DNA of 64,000 nucleotides from Christensenellaceae bacterium (GTDB lineage: Bacteria; Bacillota; Clostridia; Christensenellales; CAG-138): NCBI GenBank assembly GCA_031261085.1, contig JAISKB010000013.1:23723-87722 (forward strand). The letters are read 5' to 3'. Of the stretch, positions 51,831 through 60,503 are shown one piece after another. Every line of letters begins with the position of its first letter. Position 1 is the first letter of the stretch. The notes under the pieces were generated by a model. That model saw only the letters and a program-made list of their open reading frames with translations, did not search any database and was not told the DNA's origin. Made by a program: the position numbers and the translations under genes.

Positions 51831-51866
51831 ACACTAAAACTCCCTGCCATGTTACGACAGGGAGTT
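51831..51866 (-). terminator. Intrinsic terminator after the AcnX small-subunit gene
   Basis: On the minus strand, AACTCCCTG, an 11-nt loop and CAGGGAGTT are followed by TTAGTGTG. Confidence 0.5.
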
Positions 51867-51958
51867 CTTTCGCAAAATCCGTTTTTCTTGATTCGGTCAG
51901 CGCCGGGGGCTTTTTGCAAGGGTATAAGCGTTGCGCGCACCCGCAAGGCGGGCAGGCG

Positions 51959-52402
51959 TTATTCCTCCACGGTCACCGTGCCATCCGGCGCCACACGCAC
52001 CGTCATGCCGGTTTGCACGGCGGCCAAAAATTCATCGCCCAGGTTATCCACCGTGGGCATGGGATGCGCGCTCCACACCCCGGCCAATATGGCGCCCGCC
52101 GCCGCCAACGAATCGATGGGCTTGGCAAACAGCAGGCACGCGGGCTGGCGCTCCATCTCCGCCGCGCAAAACAGCACCATGCCGCCCGTCGTGCTGCCGA
52201 TGGTTTGCGGCAGGCACAGCGCCTTGCCGCACATGGGCTTGCCATATATATCCGGGTTGTTTTGGTCGGAACAGGCGGCCTTTTTATCGCCGAACATCAG
52301 CGCCTTTTGGAAGCTGGCCAAGGTATTGAACCCGCCATGGGATACCAGCGCCTCTGCTTTTGCCGTGCCGGGCACCACGGCCCGCCCTTTAAAGGTTTTC
52401 AT
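51959..52402 (-). CDS. Aconitase X swivel-domain subunit (DUF126)
   Basis: MKTFKGRAVVPGTAKAEALVS...GKALCLPQTIGSTTGG. It sits directly downstream of the DUF521 gene. Confidence 0.8.
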   Translation of the reverse strand: MKTFKGRAVVPGTAKAEALVSHGGFNTLASFQKALMFGDKKAACSDQNNPDIYGKPMCGKALCLPQTIGSTTGGMVLFCAAEMERQPACLLFAKPIDSLAAAGAILAGVWSAHPMPTVDNLGDEFLAAVQTGMTVRVAPDGTVTVEE

Positions 52403-52403
52403 A

Positions 52404-53681
52404 TCAGTTTTCCCCCTTTGCAAGCAGTTGCAGTATCTCGGCATCGGTATGGTAGCGCGCGCTGGTATAGGTGCGCAGCTTGTTGCTGCTGGTAATCACC
52501 GGCATTTTGCCGCACAGGGGGTTGTTCATATACATCAGCGGGCAAATGCTGCTAACCACCACCCCCGCCGCGCGCAGGGCTTCGGCCTGCGGCGTTTGGG
52601 CAAACTTTTCGGCCACCTTGGGCGCCGCTGTAAACACCGTGGGGATGGCCACCTTTTTGCGCCCGTTTTGGGCGAGCGCCTCGGTCAGCTTCTGTGTCCA
52701 GTCATTCAGCTGGCGCTCGGATAGATGCGGGCAGCCCACAAAGCACAGCTTGGGCGCGGCGTTTGCGTCCTTCCAAATGACGGGATAACCGGCTTTCACG
52801 CGCGCAAGCTCCGCGTCGTCGATGCGGTACACCTTCGCATCCGGCCGCAGCAGCGCTTCGCCCTGCCGAACCGCCTCCGGCGTAAGGTTTTCGATATGAT
52901 ATAGGCCCACCGCACCATTGCTGGCCGTGGCGGCGCCCATATCCTTTAGGTAATCGCGGGCATCCTGGTTCAGCTCTGTGCCCAGCCAGGTATCCAGGCC
53001 GCGAATATAGGGCACATCCTCCATCACCTTCATGCCGATGGCGCTGCCCAGCACCTGCGCCTCGGGCTTTTGGGTGGTGGCTACCTCCACAATCCACGAG
53101 GCCTTGCGCCCCTCGTCCGTCAGCAGGCCAAAGTAGGGCACATAGCCCACGATGCTGCCAAACAGCTCGATGATGCCGGAATTGCGGTTGCACCGCGCGC
53201 CCAGCACGCTGTTGGCATACACCACGGCGCTGCTCTCGGCCCAGCTGAGCACATCACCCTCCCGCGGCTTGTTGCCCACCTCATCCATATAGCAGGTGCA
53301 GGTGAAGGCGCTTTCATCCAGCAGGCCCAGCTTGTTGAGCTGCGCTTCATAGCTCGCTTGTTTGGAATACATCACCTTGAAAAACACATTCTGCAGCAGG
53401 TTGGAGGGGACATTTTGATCCAGCGGGCGCGGATCCACACTGAACGGCTGCCGCGAAAGCGCGCCGCCCTCTATCAGCGTATCCATCAGCGCGTATACCG
53501 GCTTCATCACGCCCAGCCCAAAGCTGGTAACCAAATGCCCGTTTGCGCCGGTAACCGGCACCATCTTTTGCGCGCCAAAGGTTTCGCCATACATCACCAG
53601 AGTGCGCATAACCTTGGCCTGCACCTCGCCCTTTTCCCCGGCCAAAATGGCCTGCTGCTCGGCTGTTAAAGCTATCGCCAT
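52404..53681 (-). CDS. Aconitase X catalytic subunit (DUF521)
   Basis: LTAEQQAILAGEKGEVQAKVMRTLVMYGETFGAQKMVPVTGANGHLV and FVGCPHLS. Confidence 0.85.
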   Translation of the reverse strand: MAIALTAEQQAILAGEKGEVQAKVMRTLVMYGETFGAQKMVPVTGANGHLVTSFGLGVMKPVYALMDTLIEGGALSRQPFSVDPRPLDQNVPSNLLQNVFFKVMYSKQASYEAQLNKLGLLDESAFTCTCYMDEVGNKPREGDVLSWAESSAVVYANSVLGARCNRNSGIIELFGSIVGYVPYFGLLTDEGRKASWIVEVATTQKPEAQVLGSAIGMKVMEDVPYIRGLDTWLGTELNQDARDYLKDMGAATASNGAVGLYHIENLTPEAVRQGEALLRPDAKVYRIDDAELARVKAGYPVIWKDANAAPKLCFVGCPHLSERQLNDWTQKLTEALAQNGRKKVAIPTVFTAAPKVAEKFAQTPQAEALRAAGVVVSSICPLMYMNNPLCGKMPVITSSNKLRTYTSARYHTDAEILQLLAKGEN

Positions 53682-53693
53682 CGTTCTCCCTCC

Positions 53694-55973
53694 TTATATG
53701 CTGGTGCCAAGGCGATACGCCGCGCGCACGGCCTCCTGCACCTTGCCCGGCGCAAAGCTGTCGCCAATGTTGTATAGCTCCGCCGCCGCCTGCGTGCGCT
53801 GCGCTTCAAAAAACAGCGCGTCATCCGCCCGGCCGCCTGCCGCAAACACCACCAAGTCCGCCTCCAGCGTTTCATCCTGATATGCCTGCCCCAGCTTGGG
53901 CGCGAGCGGGTTTTCGATATTCTCCGGCAAAATGGGCGCCCAGGTATTGTAAGGATTTGGCACATTTTTGTGATGATTGCGGGAAACCGTTACCTTGCCC
54001 GCGCCAAAGCCGGATACCTTTGTGCAGTTCATCAGCCGCACGCCGGCGCCTTTGAGCGCGTGGATGAGATGCCCGCGGTTTGCCGTGCAGGTGCCCTCCA
54101 TGAACTGCGGCAGCATTTCCACCACCGTTACGCTGCGGTGGTGTTCGCAGGCCAGCCATTGCGCCGCCTCGCAGCCCACCACGCCGCCGCCCACCACCAC
54201 GATGTTCTGCGCGGCGCCTATGCGCTCCGGCTGCAGGAACAGGTCGGTGGCCTGCACGGTGGCGATTTGCTCCACGCCCGGCAGCTTTAAATCCACCTGG
54301 CGGGTGCCCACGGCGAATATGATGGCATCATACCCCTGCGCGGCCAAACCCGCTGCCGACACCTCTGTGCCCGGATGGAACTTCAGGTTGCCGCCTTGCT
54401 GCGCCTGCTCCACCTCACGCTCCAAATACAAACGGTAGTTTTCGATATCGAACTTGATTTTGGGCACGCCGCCCGGCACGATGCGCCCGCCGATCTTCTC
54501 CGTTTTTTCGTATAGATCCACCTTGTGGCCGCGCGCCGCGGCGCTCACGGCCGCCACCACGCCGCCGGGGCCCGCCCCCACCACCGCCACGCGCTTTGGC
54601 TTTTCGGCCGCGGCGGGCGCTTGTGGCAGCACATGCTCAAACGCGGTGCGCGGGTTTACGGCGCACTGTGGGTGCCCGCCTTCCACAAATTCGTTCAGGC
54701 AGCCCTCCTGGCAGCCGATGCACGGGCGGATGCTTTGCACCTTGCCGGCATAGGCCTTATTGGGCCACTCCGGGTCCGCCAGCAGCGGGCGGCCCAGCAT
54801 CACCATATCGCAAGCGCCGTCGCGCAGCGCCTGCTCCGCAATATCCGGGTACCCCAGCTTACCCACTGCCACCACGGGCACGGGCACCCCCGCGTTGGAG
54901 CGTATCCCCTTTTGTGCAAAGTGTTCTTTGACCAGCTTTGCCACGGGTACAAAGCACCCCGCCGGCATGCTGGAGGGCGGATGCGGCAGCCACCAGTTGT
55001 CGTAGCAGCCCAAATCCACATCGAACATATCCACGCCGGCCTTCACCAGCTCCTCCATATAGGCCAGCGTCATATCCACCGTGCGGCCATGCTTAAACTT
55101 CTTGAGGAAGGTGCCGTTCAGCACGCTTTCATCATAGGTTTCTTCCAGCGCAAGGGAAAGGTCTATGCGGTACATAATAGGGTAATGCGGCCCCACGCGC
55201 TTGCGTATTTCGCGTATCAAATCCACGCCAAAGCGCTGCCAATCGGCATAGCGGCCTATTTTGCGGCGGTTGAATGCCGGGTTCGTCATCTGCTCGAGCA
55301 AATAGCCCTCATGCCCATGCAAATATACGCCGTCCAGGCCCATGGCATGGCTATCCGCCGCCGCCTGCCCGGTGTTTTTGACGATTTTTTGCAGCTTCGC
55401 GCCCGAAAGCCGCACGCACGGGATGGCGCTGATGTAGAAGTTGGGGTTGAACGAGGCGGACACCGGCAGCTTTGCCTGCGTCAGCATGCACTGCGGGTTG
55501 CCCACGCGGCCCAGGCCCGGCGTGAGCTGCACGAAGATTTTGCTGCCGAAGGCGTGCACGCCCTGCGCCAAATCGCGCCACCCGCACAGCACCGTGCGGC
55601 TGCGGTCTATCCGAGGGAAGTAGCTTAGGCGCCCCAGCTCCGTGATGGAGGGATCCACCCCAAAGCTGGTGGGGATAAGCCCCGTGGTCAGCAGGCCCGC
55701 GCCGCCCTTTGCCCGCGCAAAAAAGTAGTGGAGCATCTTATCGTTGGGGCGACCGGTTTCCTCGCACATGTCGATATTGCCCATGGGCGCCATCACGATT
55801 CTGTTTTTTAGCGTGGTTTTGTTCACCTGAATGGGGGAAAACATCGTTTCATACGGATACAACGCATCTGTCATCTTTCCTGCGGCGCCTGCCCTGTTTT
55901 GCGCGGGCCCGCTTTGCTTTGGCCAAGCATCAAACTCATTTACCAGCTTTTGCACAACGCCATCTTTGCCCAT
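53694..55973 (-). CDS. 2-enoate reductase / 2,4-dienoyl-CoA reductase family flavoenzyme (OYE FMN domain, 4Fe-4S, FAD/NAD(P) domain)
   Basis: LKNRIVMAPMG, HGHEGYLLEQ, RPCIGCQEGC and VAVVGAGPGG. The ATG at 55973 lies 8 nt after AAGGAG. Confidence 0.85.
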   Translation of the reverse strand: MGKDGVVQKLVNEFDAWPKQSGPAQNRAGAAGKMTDALYPYETMFSPIQVNKTTLKNRIVMAPMGNIDMCEETGRPNDKMLHYFFARAKGGAGLLTTGLIPTSFGVDPSITELGRLSYFPRIDRSRTVLCGWRDLAQGVHAFGSKIFVQLTPGLGRVGNPQCMLTQAKLPVSASFNPNFYISAIPCVRLSGAKLQKIVKNTGQAAADSHAMGLDGVYLHGHEGYLLEQMTNPAFNRRKIGRYADWQRFGVDLIREIRKRVGPHYPIMYRIDLSLALEETYDESVLNGTFLKKFKHGRTVDMTLAYMEELVKAGVDMFDVDLGCYDNWWLPHPPSSMPAGCFVPVAKLVKEHFAQKGIRSNAGVPVPVVAVGKLGYPDIAEQALRDGACDMVMLGRPLLADPEWPNKAYAGKVQSIRPCIGCQEGCLNEFVEGGHPQCAVNPRTAFEHVLPQAPAAAEKPKRVAVVGAGPGGVVAAVSAAARGHKVDLYEKTEKIGGRIVPGGVPKIKFDIENYRLYLEREVEQAQQGGNLKFHPGTEVSAAGLAAQGYDAIIFAVGTRQVDLKLPGVEQIATVQATDLFLQPERIGAAQNIVVVGGGVVGCEAAQWLACEHHRSVTVVEMLPQFMEGTCTANRGHLIHALKGAGVRLMNCTKVSGFGAGKVTVSRNHHKNVPNPYNTWAPILPENIENPLAPKLGQAYQDETLEADLVVFAAGGRADDALFFEAQRTQAAAELYNIGDSFAPGKVQEAVRAAYRLGTSI

Positions 55974-56109
55974 AGTTCCATCTCCTTTACGCGTGCGCCA
56001 CATGCCTGTGCCGCACTGCTTACGGCGGGGCTTGGCGTGCACGCTGTTATTGAATTTATTGATTCAAGTATATCATATTGCTAAAAAATTGTCACACTGC
56101 TTGTGCGGG

Positions 56110-56150
56110 AAAATAGGGGCCGGGCAATACGCCCGCCCCCTTTGTTTTTT
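56110..56150. terminator. GC hairpin flanked by A and T runs, downstream of pyrE
   Basis: GGGGCCGGGC-AATAC-GCCCGCCCCC, with AAAATA upstream and TTTGTTTTTT downstream on the plus strand. Confidence 0.6.
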
Positions 56151-56157
56151 ACCAGGA

Positions 56158-56793
56158 TTAACGCAAGGACGATACTATTTTCATGCTTCCTTCTTTAAAA
56201 TGAAGGGCGGTTCCCTTATTTTGCTCCCGGCTGCCCGGTTTATCGAGCGGGATGCGCCCCTCGCGGCAAATGGGGCAATCCTCCGAGTCATATGCGTCGA
56301 TTTGGAGCGTCACCGCGCTATAGACGGGGATTGACAACAGGCAATCCGGCGTGTGCCTGTCCACGATGCACGCAACGCCGATAACCCTCGCGCCATACGC
56401 CTCCAACGCGCGCACGGTCTCCAGGGTAGACTTGCCCGTTGTAACCACATCCTCAGTAATGAGTATCCTATCCCCACTTCCCACCGAAAACCCGCGGCGC
56501 AGCGCCATTTCGCCGCCCTTTCGCTCGGTAAAAATGCTTTCCTTCCCCAGCTGGCGCGCGATCTCATACGATACGTTGATACCGCCCATCGCGGGCCCGC
56601 ATACCTTTGTGATGGACAAGCCCTCCACCTGCTGCACAACGCTTTTTAGCACCTGCGCCGCCTTATCGGGGAATCGCATCAGCTTTGCGCATTGGCAATA
56701 GGTGCCGCTGTGCTTGCCGGACGATAGCAAAAAGTGCCCCTCTAGCACCGCCTCTACCTCTTTTAACACCTGAAGGGTTTCATCTCGATTCAT
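56158..56793 (-). CDS. pyrE: Orotate phosphoribosyltransferase
   Basis: GHFLLSSGKHS and ILITEDVVTTGKS (PRPP motif). Confidence 0.9.
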   Translation of the reverse strand: MNRDETLQVLKEVEAVLEGHFLLSSGKHSGTYCQCAKLMRFPDKAAQVLKSVVQQVEGLSITKVCGPAMGGINVSYEIARQLGKESIFTERKGGEMALRRGFSVGSGDRILITEDVVTTGKSTLETVRALEAYGARVIGVACIVDRHTPDCLLSIPVYSAVTLQIDAYDSEDCPICREGRIPLDKPGSREQNKGTALHFKEGSMKIVSSLR

Positions 56794-56801
56794 ATTGCCT
56801 C

Positions 56802-57707
56802 CTATACGATTCCTATAATTTCTGCAATATTTAAAAGCCCCTGCTCGAGGCAATAGCGTTCCAACCCATCGATGATTGTCAGCATGGCGTCCGGCTGCGC
56901 GAACGTAATCGTACCGACCTGAATCGCGCTGGCCCCCGCCATAAAAAAGCTCAACGCATCGTTCACCGTCGCAATGCCGCCCAGCCCCACCACCGGGATC
57001 CGCACCGCATGCGCCACCTGATGCACCATCCGAAGCGCAATCGGCATAATGGCGGGGCCGGAAAGGCCCGCATAAACATTTTCGAACACCGCTTTTTTAC
57101 CCGCCACATCGATTGCAAGCCCCAGGAACGAGTTGACCAGGCTCACGCCATCCGCGCCGGCCCCTTCGGCGGCCTGCGCAACCGCCACGATGTTTTCGGC
57201 ATTCGGCGACAGCTTCACCAGCAGGGGATGTTTTGTAACCGCCTTCACCTTTTTCACAATCGCTTCCGTGCTCTTGGGCAGCACGCCAAACGCCATGCCG
57301 CCCGCCTTTACATTGGGGCAGGAGATATTCAGCTCTAAAATATCGATGTCCGCCTCGTTCAAAAGCTCCGCGCCGGCTATATAATCCGCTTCGCTGTGGC
57401 CGCCAAGGTTTGCGAGCACCGCACAACCGGCCGCCCGCATATAGGGGCATTCCTCTTTTATAAAGCGGCGCACACCCGGGTTTTCGAGGCCGATGCTGTT
57501 CATGAGGCCGGCAGGGGTTTCCCACACGCGCATGCCGTCGTTGCCGCTGCTGCCATGGAGCGTAAGCCCCTTCCCACTGATGCCGCCCAGGCGGGAGATG
57601 TCAAACCGCTCCGCATATTCATGGCCAAACCCAAACGTACCCGAAGCCGCGATAACCGGGTTGTTCATCGTAACGCCCAAAAGCGTGGTTGTAAGCGCAC
57701 TACTCAT
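56802..57707 (-). CDS. pyrD: Dihydroorotate dehydrogenase B catalytic subunit
   Basis: NPVIAASGTFGFG, NSIGLENPG, LNISCPNV and GGI. Start taken at MSSALTT. Confidence 0.9.
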   Translation of the reverse strand: MSSALTTTLLGVTMNNPVIAASGTFGFGHEYAERFDISRLGGISGKGLTLHGSSGNDGMRVWETPAGLMNSIGLENPGVRRFIKEECPYMRAAGCAVLANLGGHSEADYIAGAELLNEADIDILELNISCPNVKAGGMAFGVLPKSTEAIVKKVKAVTKHPLLVKLSPNAENIVAVAQAAEGAGADGVSLVNSFLGLAIDVAGKKAVFENVYAGLSGPAIMPIALRMVHQVAHAVRIPVVGLGGIATVNDALSFFMAGASAIQVGTITFAQPDAMLTIIDGLERYCLEQGLLNIAEIIGIV

Positions 57708-58407
57708 AAAAAACTTCTTCCGCCGGGAATACCGGGCCGTCTTTGCACGCGCGCTTGTTTCCCGACGCTGTTTTTTGCGTACACCCCAGGCACGCGCCCG
57801 CGCCGCACGCCATACGATTTTCCAGCGATACAAACGCCTTGCGTTCCCGCTCCTTGGCGCATTGCGCGATCACGCGCATCATGTTCGTAGGGCCGCAAGC
57901 ATAAAATATGTCATCCACGCTATAGTCGATATCATCGGTTATGGCCCCGCCAATCTTCACGCGCACCTCATCCGCCACCGCGGCATACGGTTTTTCTAAT
58001 ATTACAGCCTCTTTAAAACCAAGGTAAATTCTAATGCGGCGGTGCGGGTATAACGCCCTATGCTCCTTCGCCAAAAGGTAGAGCGGCGCGATGCCGATTC
58101 CCCCGCCAATTAAGGTGATATCCGAATCGAGCAGGGGGAACCCGTTCCCATACGGGCCCTCAACCTCGAGCTCTCGCAGGGCTTGCATTTCCTTAATCAT
58201 CGCCGTGACGCGGCCCACGCTCCGCATGAGCAGCCGCGTTACATCGCCCTCCACATCAAACAGGGTAATGGGGCGCCCCAGCAGCGGATCCAGCGTGCCG
58301 GGGATTCGCACCATCACGAATTGCCCCGCATGCCCCGCCGTTACGCCGCGCAGCGTCACCAGGTGGCATTGCGCGCCAACCTCTTGGTTTTCGAGTATTA
58401 CAGCCAT
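57700..58407 (-). CDS. pyrK: Dihydroorotate dehydrogenase electron-transfer subunit
   Basis: FAD/NAD-binding fold and the C-terminal 2Fe-2S motif MACGAGACLGC. Confidence 0.9.
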   Translation of the reverse strand: MAVILENQEVGAQCHLVTLRGVTAGHAGQFVMVRIPGTLDPLLGRPITLFDVEGDVTRLLMRSVGRVTAMIKEMQALRELEVEGPYGNGFPLLDSDITLIGGGIGIAPLYLLAKEHRALYPHRRIRIYLGFKEAVILEKPYAAVADEVRVKIGGAITDDIDYSVDDIFYACGPTNMMRVIAQCAKERERKAFVSLENRMACGAGACLGCTQKTASGNKRACKDGPVFPAEEVFYE

Positions 58408-59255
58408 TGCAAAATATCCTTCTTCATCCTAATAACGGCTTCGTTTACAAACAAATCGAAATCCTCCCCTTCGCTTTTACCCTTGTGCGCGGTAATCAGC
58501 CCGCGTGAGGAGTTGACGACGCCGCACAGCTTATCTTTAAAAATACCGGCGATGTCGCGGCCCGTTCCGCCCTGCGCGCCATAGCCCGGGATTAGGAAAA
58601 ACGTATGGGGCATCAGCTCTTTTATGATTTTAAACTCCCCCGGATAGGTTAAGCCCACGACCGCGCCCAAGGCGCTGTACCCGCTCTTCCCAATGAACGC
58701 TTCACCCCAGCCGGATAGCTTGGCCGCCATTTCCTGATAGAGCGTGCGCGTATGATCCAATACCGGCAGATCCTGAAAATCCCCACTGCTCGGGTTGGAG
58801 GTTTTAACGAGCACAAACATGCCCTTGCCCCGCTCGAGATATTCATAATAAGGCGAAATCGCATCCTCGCCCATATAGGCGTTTGCGGTAATGATATCCG
58901 TTTCAAAATCGCCGGTAAAGTGCCCTTGCGCGTATTGCTTTGCGGTGGAGGCAATATCGCCGCGCTTCACATCGGATATTGCGACCGCGCCGCTTTGGCG
59001 GATGCAGCGGAGCGTCTTCGCAAAGCAGGCCATACCATCCAGCCCCAGCGCCTCGTAGCAGGCGACCTGCACCTTATAACACCCGGCATTTTCTAACGTG
59101 GCGTCGATGATTTTGCGGTTGAATTCAAATATCTTTTCCCCCGCGCTCCAGTCCTTCGCTTGTAAATACGAGGGCAGAAAGTCATATTGGGTATCCAGGC
59201 CCACACACACCGGGCCTTTGGTTAACACATCCTGCGCGAGGCGCTCCATACTCAT
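58398..59255 (-). CDS. pyrF: Orotidine 5'-phosphate decarboxylase (long type)
   Basis: VCVGLD, DVKRGDI and PGYGAQGG. Confidence 0.9.
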   Translation of the reverse strand: MSMERLAQDVLTKGPVCVGLDTQYDFLPSYLQAKDWSAGEKIFEFNRKIIDATLENAGCYKVQVACYEALGLDGMACFAKTLRCIRQSGAVAISDVKRGDIASTAKQYAQGHFTGDFETDIITANAYMGEDAISPYYEYLERGKGMFVLVKTSNPSSGDFQDLPVLDHTRTLYQEMAAKLSGWGEAFIGKSGYSALGAVVGLTYPGEFKIIKELMPHTFFLIPGYGAQGGTGRDIAGIFKDKLCGVVNSSRGLITAHKGKSEGEDFDLFVNEAVIRMKKDILQWL

Positions 59256-59354
59256 ACCGTCATTACCCCTCCCAATTGTTTTTTACACGGCTCCGCACGC
59301 GCCGACAATTCCGCTGAATCATAGTATTTCATAACTGCAAGATTGGCCATTTAT

Positions 59355-59430
59355 AAAAAAAAACTTGCCAGCACTTTATCTTTGTTGCCTCGCTACACGG
59401 CAGAGGCGTTTAGATAATGTGATTGGCAAG
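59355..59430 (-). terminator. Strong intrinsic terminator or attenuator in the pyrF leader
   Basis: On the minus strand, CUUGCCA..CAC.UUAUCU....GCCUC [loop] GAGGC.....AGAUAA.GUG..GGCAAG is followed by nine U. It lies about 100 nt upstream of the pyrF ATG and about 190 nt downstream of the preceding gene's stop. Confidence 0.65.
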
Positions 59431-59499
59431 TCCCAAAACGTCGACGGCTTCGCTCAATGCGAAATCCTCCGGTTCAATCCAACAACAACCCTTTAACAC
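59410..59499 (-). CDS. Candidate 29-codon leader ORF ending inside the 5' arm of the terminator
   Basis: GGGAGGA lies 5-6 nt before the GTG at 59499. It encodes MLKGCCWIEPEDFALSEAVDVLGLANHII, with TAA at 59412-59410. There is no homology support. Confidence 0.3.
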   Translation of the reverse strand: MLKGCCWIEPEDFALSEAVDVLGLANHII

Positions 59500-59627
59500 A
59501 GGCGTCCTCCCTTTTAAAACAAACAAATAATATTTATGCATATGTTTACCCTAAGCTAGGATACTTGAATTTGGCACAGATGTCAATGTCGCGGACGGAC
59601 TTTTTTTAAACATCAGCGCAGGGAATA

Positions 59628-60413
59628 TTATACATGTTCGGTTGTTTGGGCAGGCAAAGGCGCTTTGAAAAAAGAGGCGATATCGCTTTTAATACGCAGG
59701 AAAGCTTCCTTTTTTGCGCCTGTTTTTTCGTCCATATATAGTTTGCGGTTTATTTCGAGCATCAAGGCAAATAGGTTTGGGTTCTTATGATAATGCTTTT
59801 GGGGAACAAGACACCCGTTAAATGGACTGTTAAGTGCAACAACATAGCCTCTTTCCTTAAAATAACCCTTTGCCGCTTCTATGAGTTGCCAAGGCGTATG
59901 GTATGAATCTGTTCCGATACAAATATCAGGGCGCTCCCGTGATTGCGAAATTTCATACGGGAGCGGTTCGCTGGGAAAAGAGTGGGCATCTATCAAAAGG
60001 CAGCTGCCTTGTGCTTGCAGGGTCAAATCGACAATATCGGTAAGCTTTCTGTGATGCGCATCATAATATTTCTCTAATATTTCTTCTTTGTGTTTTGCGT
60101 TAACCTCTTTTAATGGTTTATTATCTGAGGTTTTTGTATAACAAACCCACATGCCCTTGCGCGTCATGATTTCTTGTTGCTCCTCGCGGAAGCGTTCCAC
60201 ATCACAGACCAACCGGCTTATTGGAAATATCACTTGTGCATCGCTTATATCAAAAAGTTCATCCGTATACAAATCGGTCATGCGCAACAATTCCGCGTGC
60301 AGCGCATCGTCAGGCAGCAAAAACAATTCTTTATATTCGAGTGGAATCACTGTTTTGCTGTGTGGTATATGAACAACTAAGCCAGCTTCAAAAAAAAGCA
60401 CAATTATGGCCAT
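59628..60413 (-). CDS. N-formylglutamate amidohydrolase family protein
   Basis: VVHIPHS, SRLVCDVERF, LIDAHSF and LMLEINRKLY. GC looks lower than in the core genes. Confidence 0.8.
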   Translation of the reverse strand: MAIIVLFFEAGLVVHIPHSKTVIPLEYKELFLLPDDALHAELLRMTDLYTDELFDISDAQVIFPISRLVCDVERFREEQQEIMTRKGMWVCYTKTSDNKPLKEVNAKHKEEILEKYYDAHHRKLTDIVDLTLQAQGSCLLIDAHSFPSEPLPYEISQSRERPDICIGTDSYHTPWQLIEAAKGYFKERGYVVALNSPFNGCLVPQKHYHKNPNLFALMLEINRKLYMDEKTGAKKEAFLRIKSDIASFFKAPLPAQTTEHV

Positions 60414-60503
60414 TCCTTTCTGAATGTTTTGTGCGGGTTTGCTTTTGAGCTTTAACGTGCAACCAGCAATTCATTCTTTATGGTTAGCTTACCTCAACCA
60501 ATA

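Noticed and set aside
51596-51946. A 116-aa minus-strand ORF between the AcnX small subunit and the permease
   Set aside because: It has no RBS, it spans an intrinsic terminator hairpin (51838-51866), and it shows no recognisable motifs. It is treated as non-coding leader or spacer.
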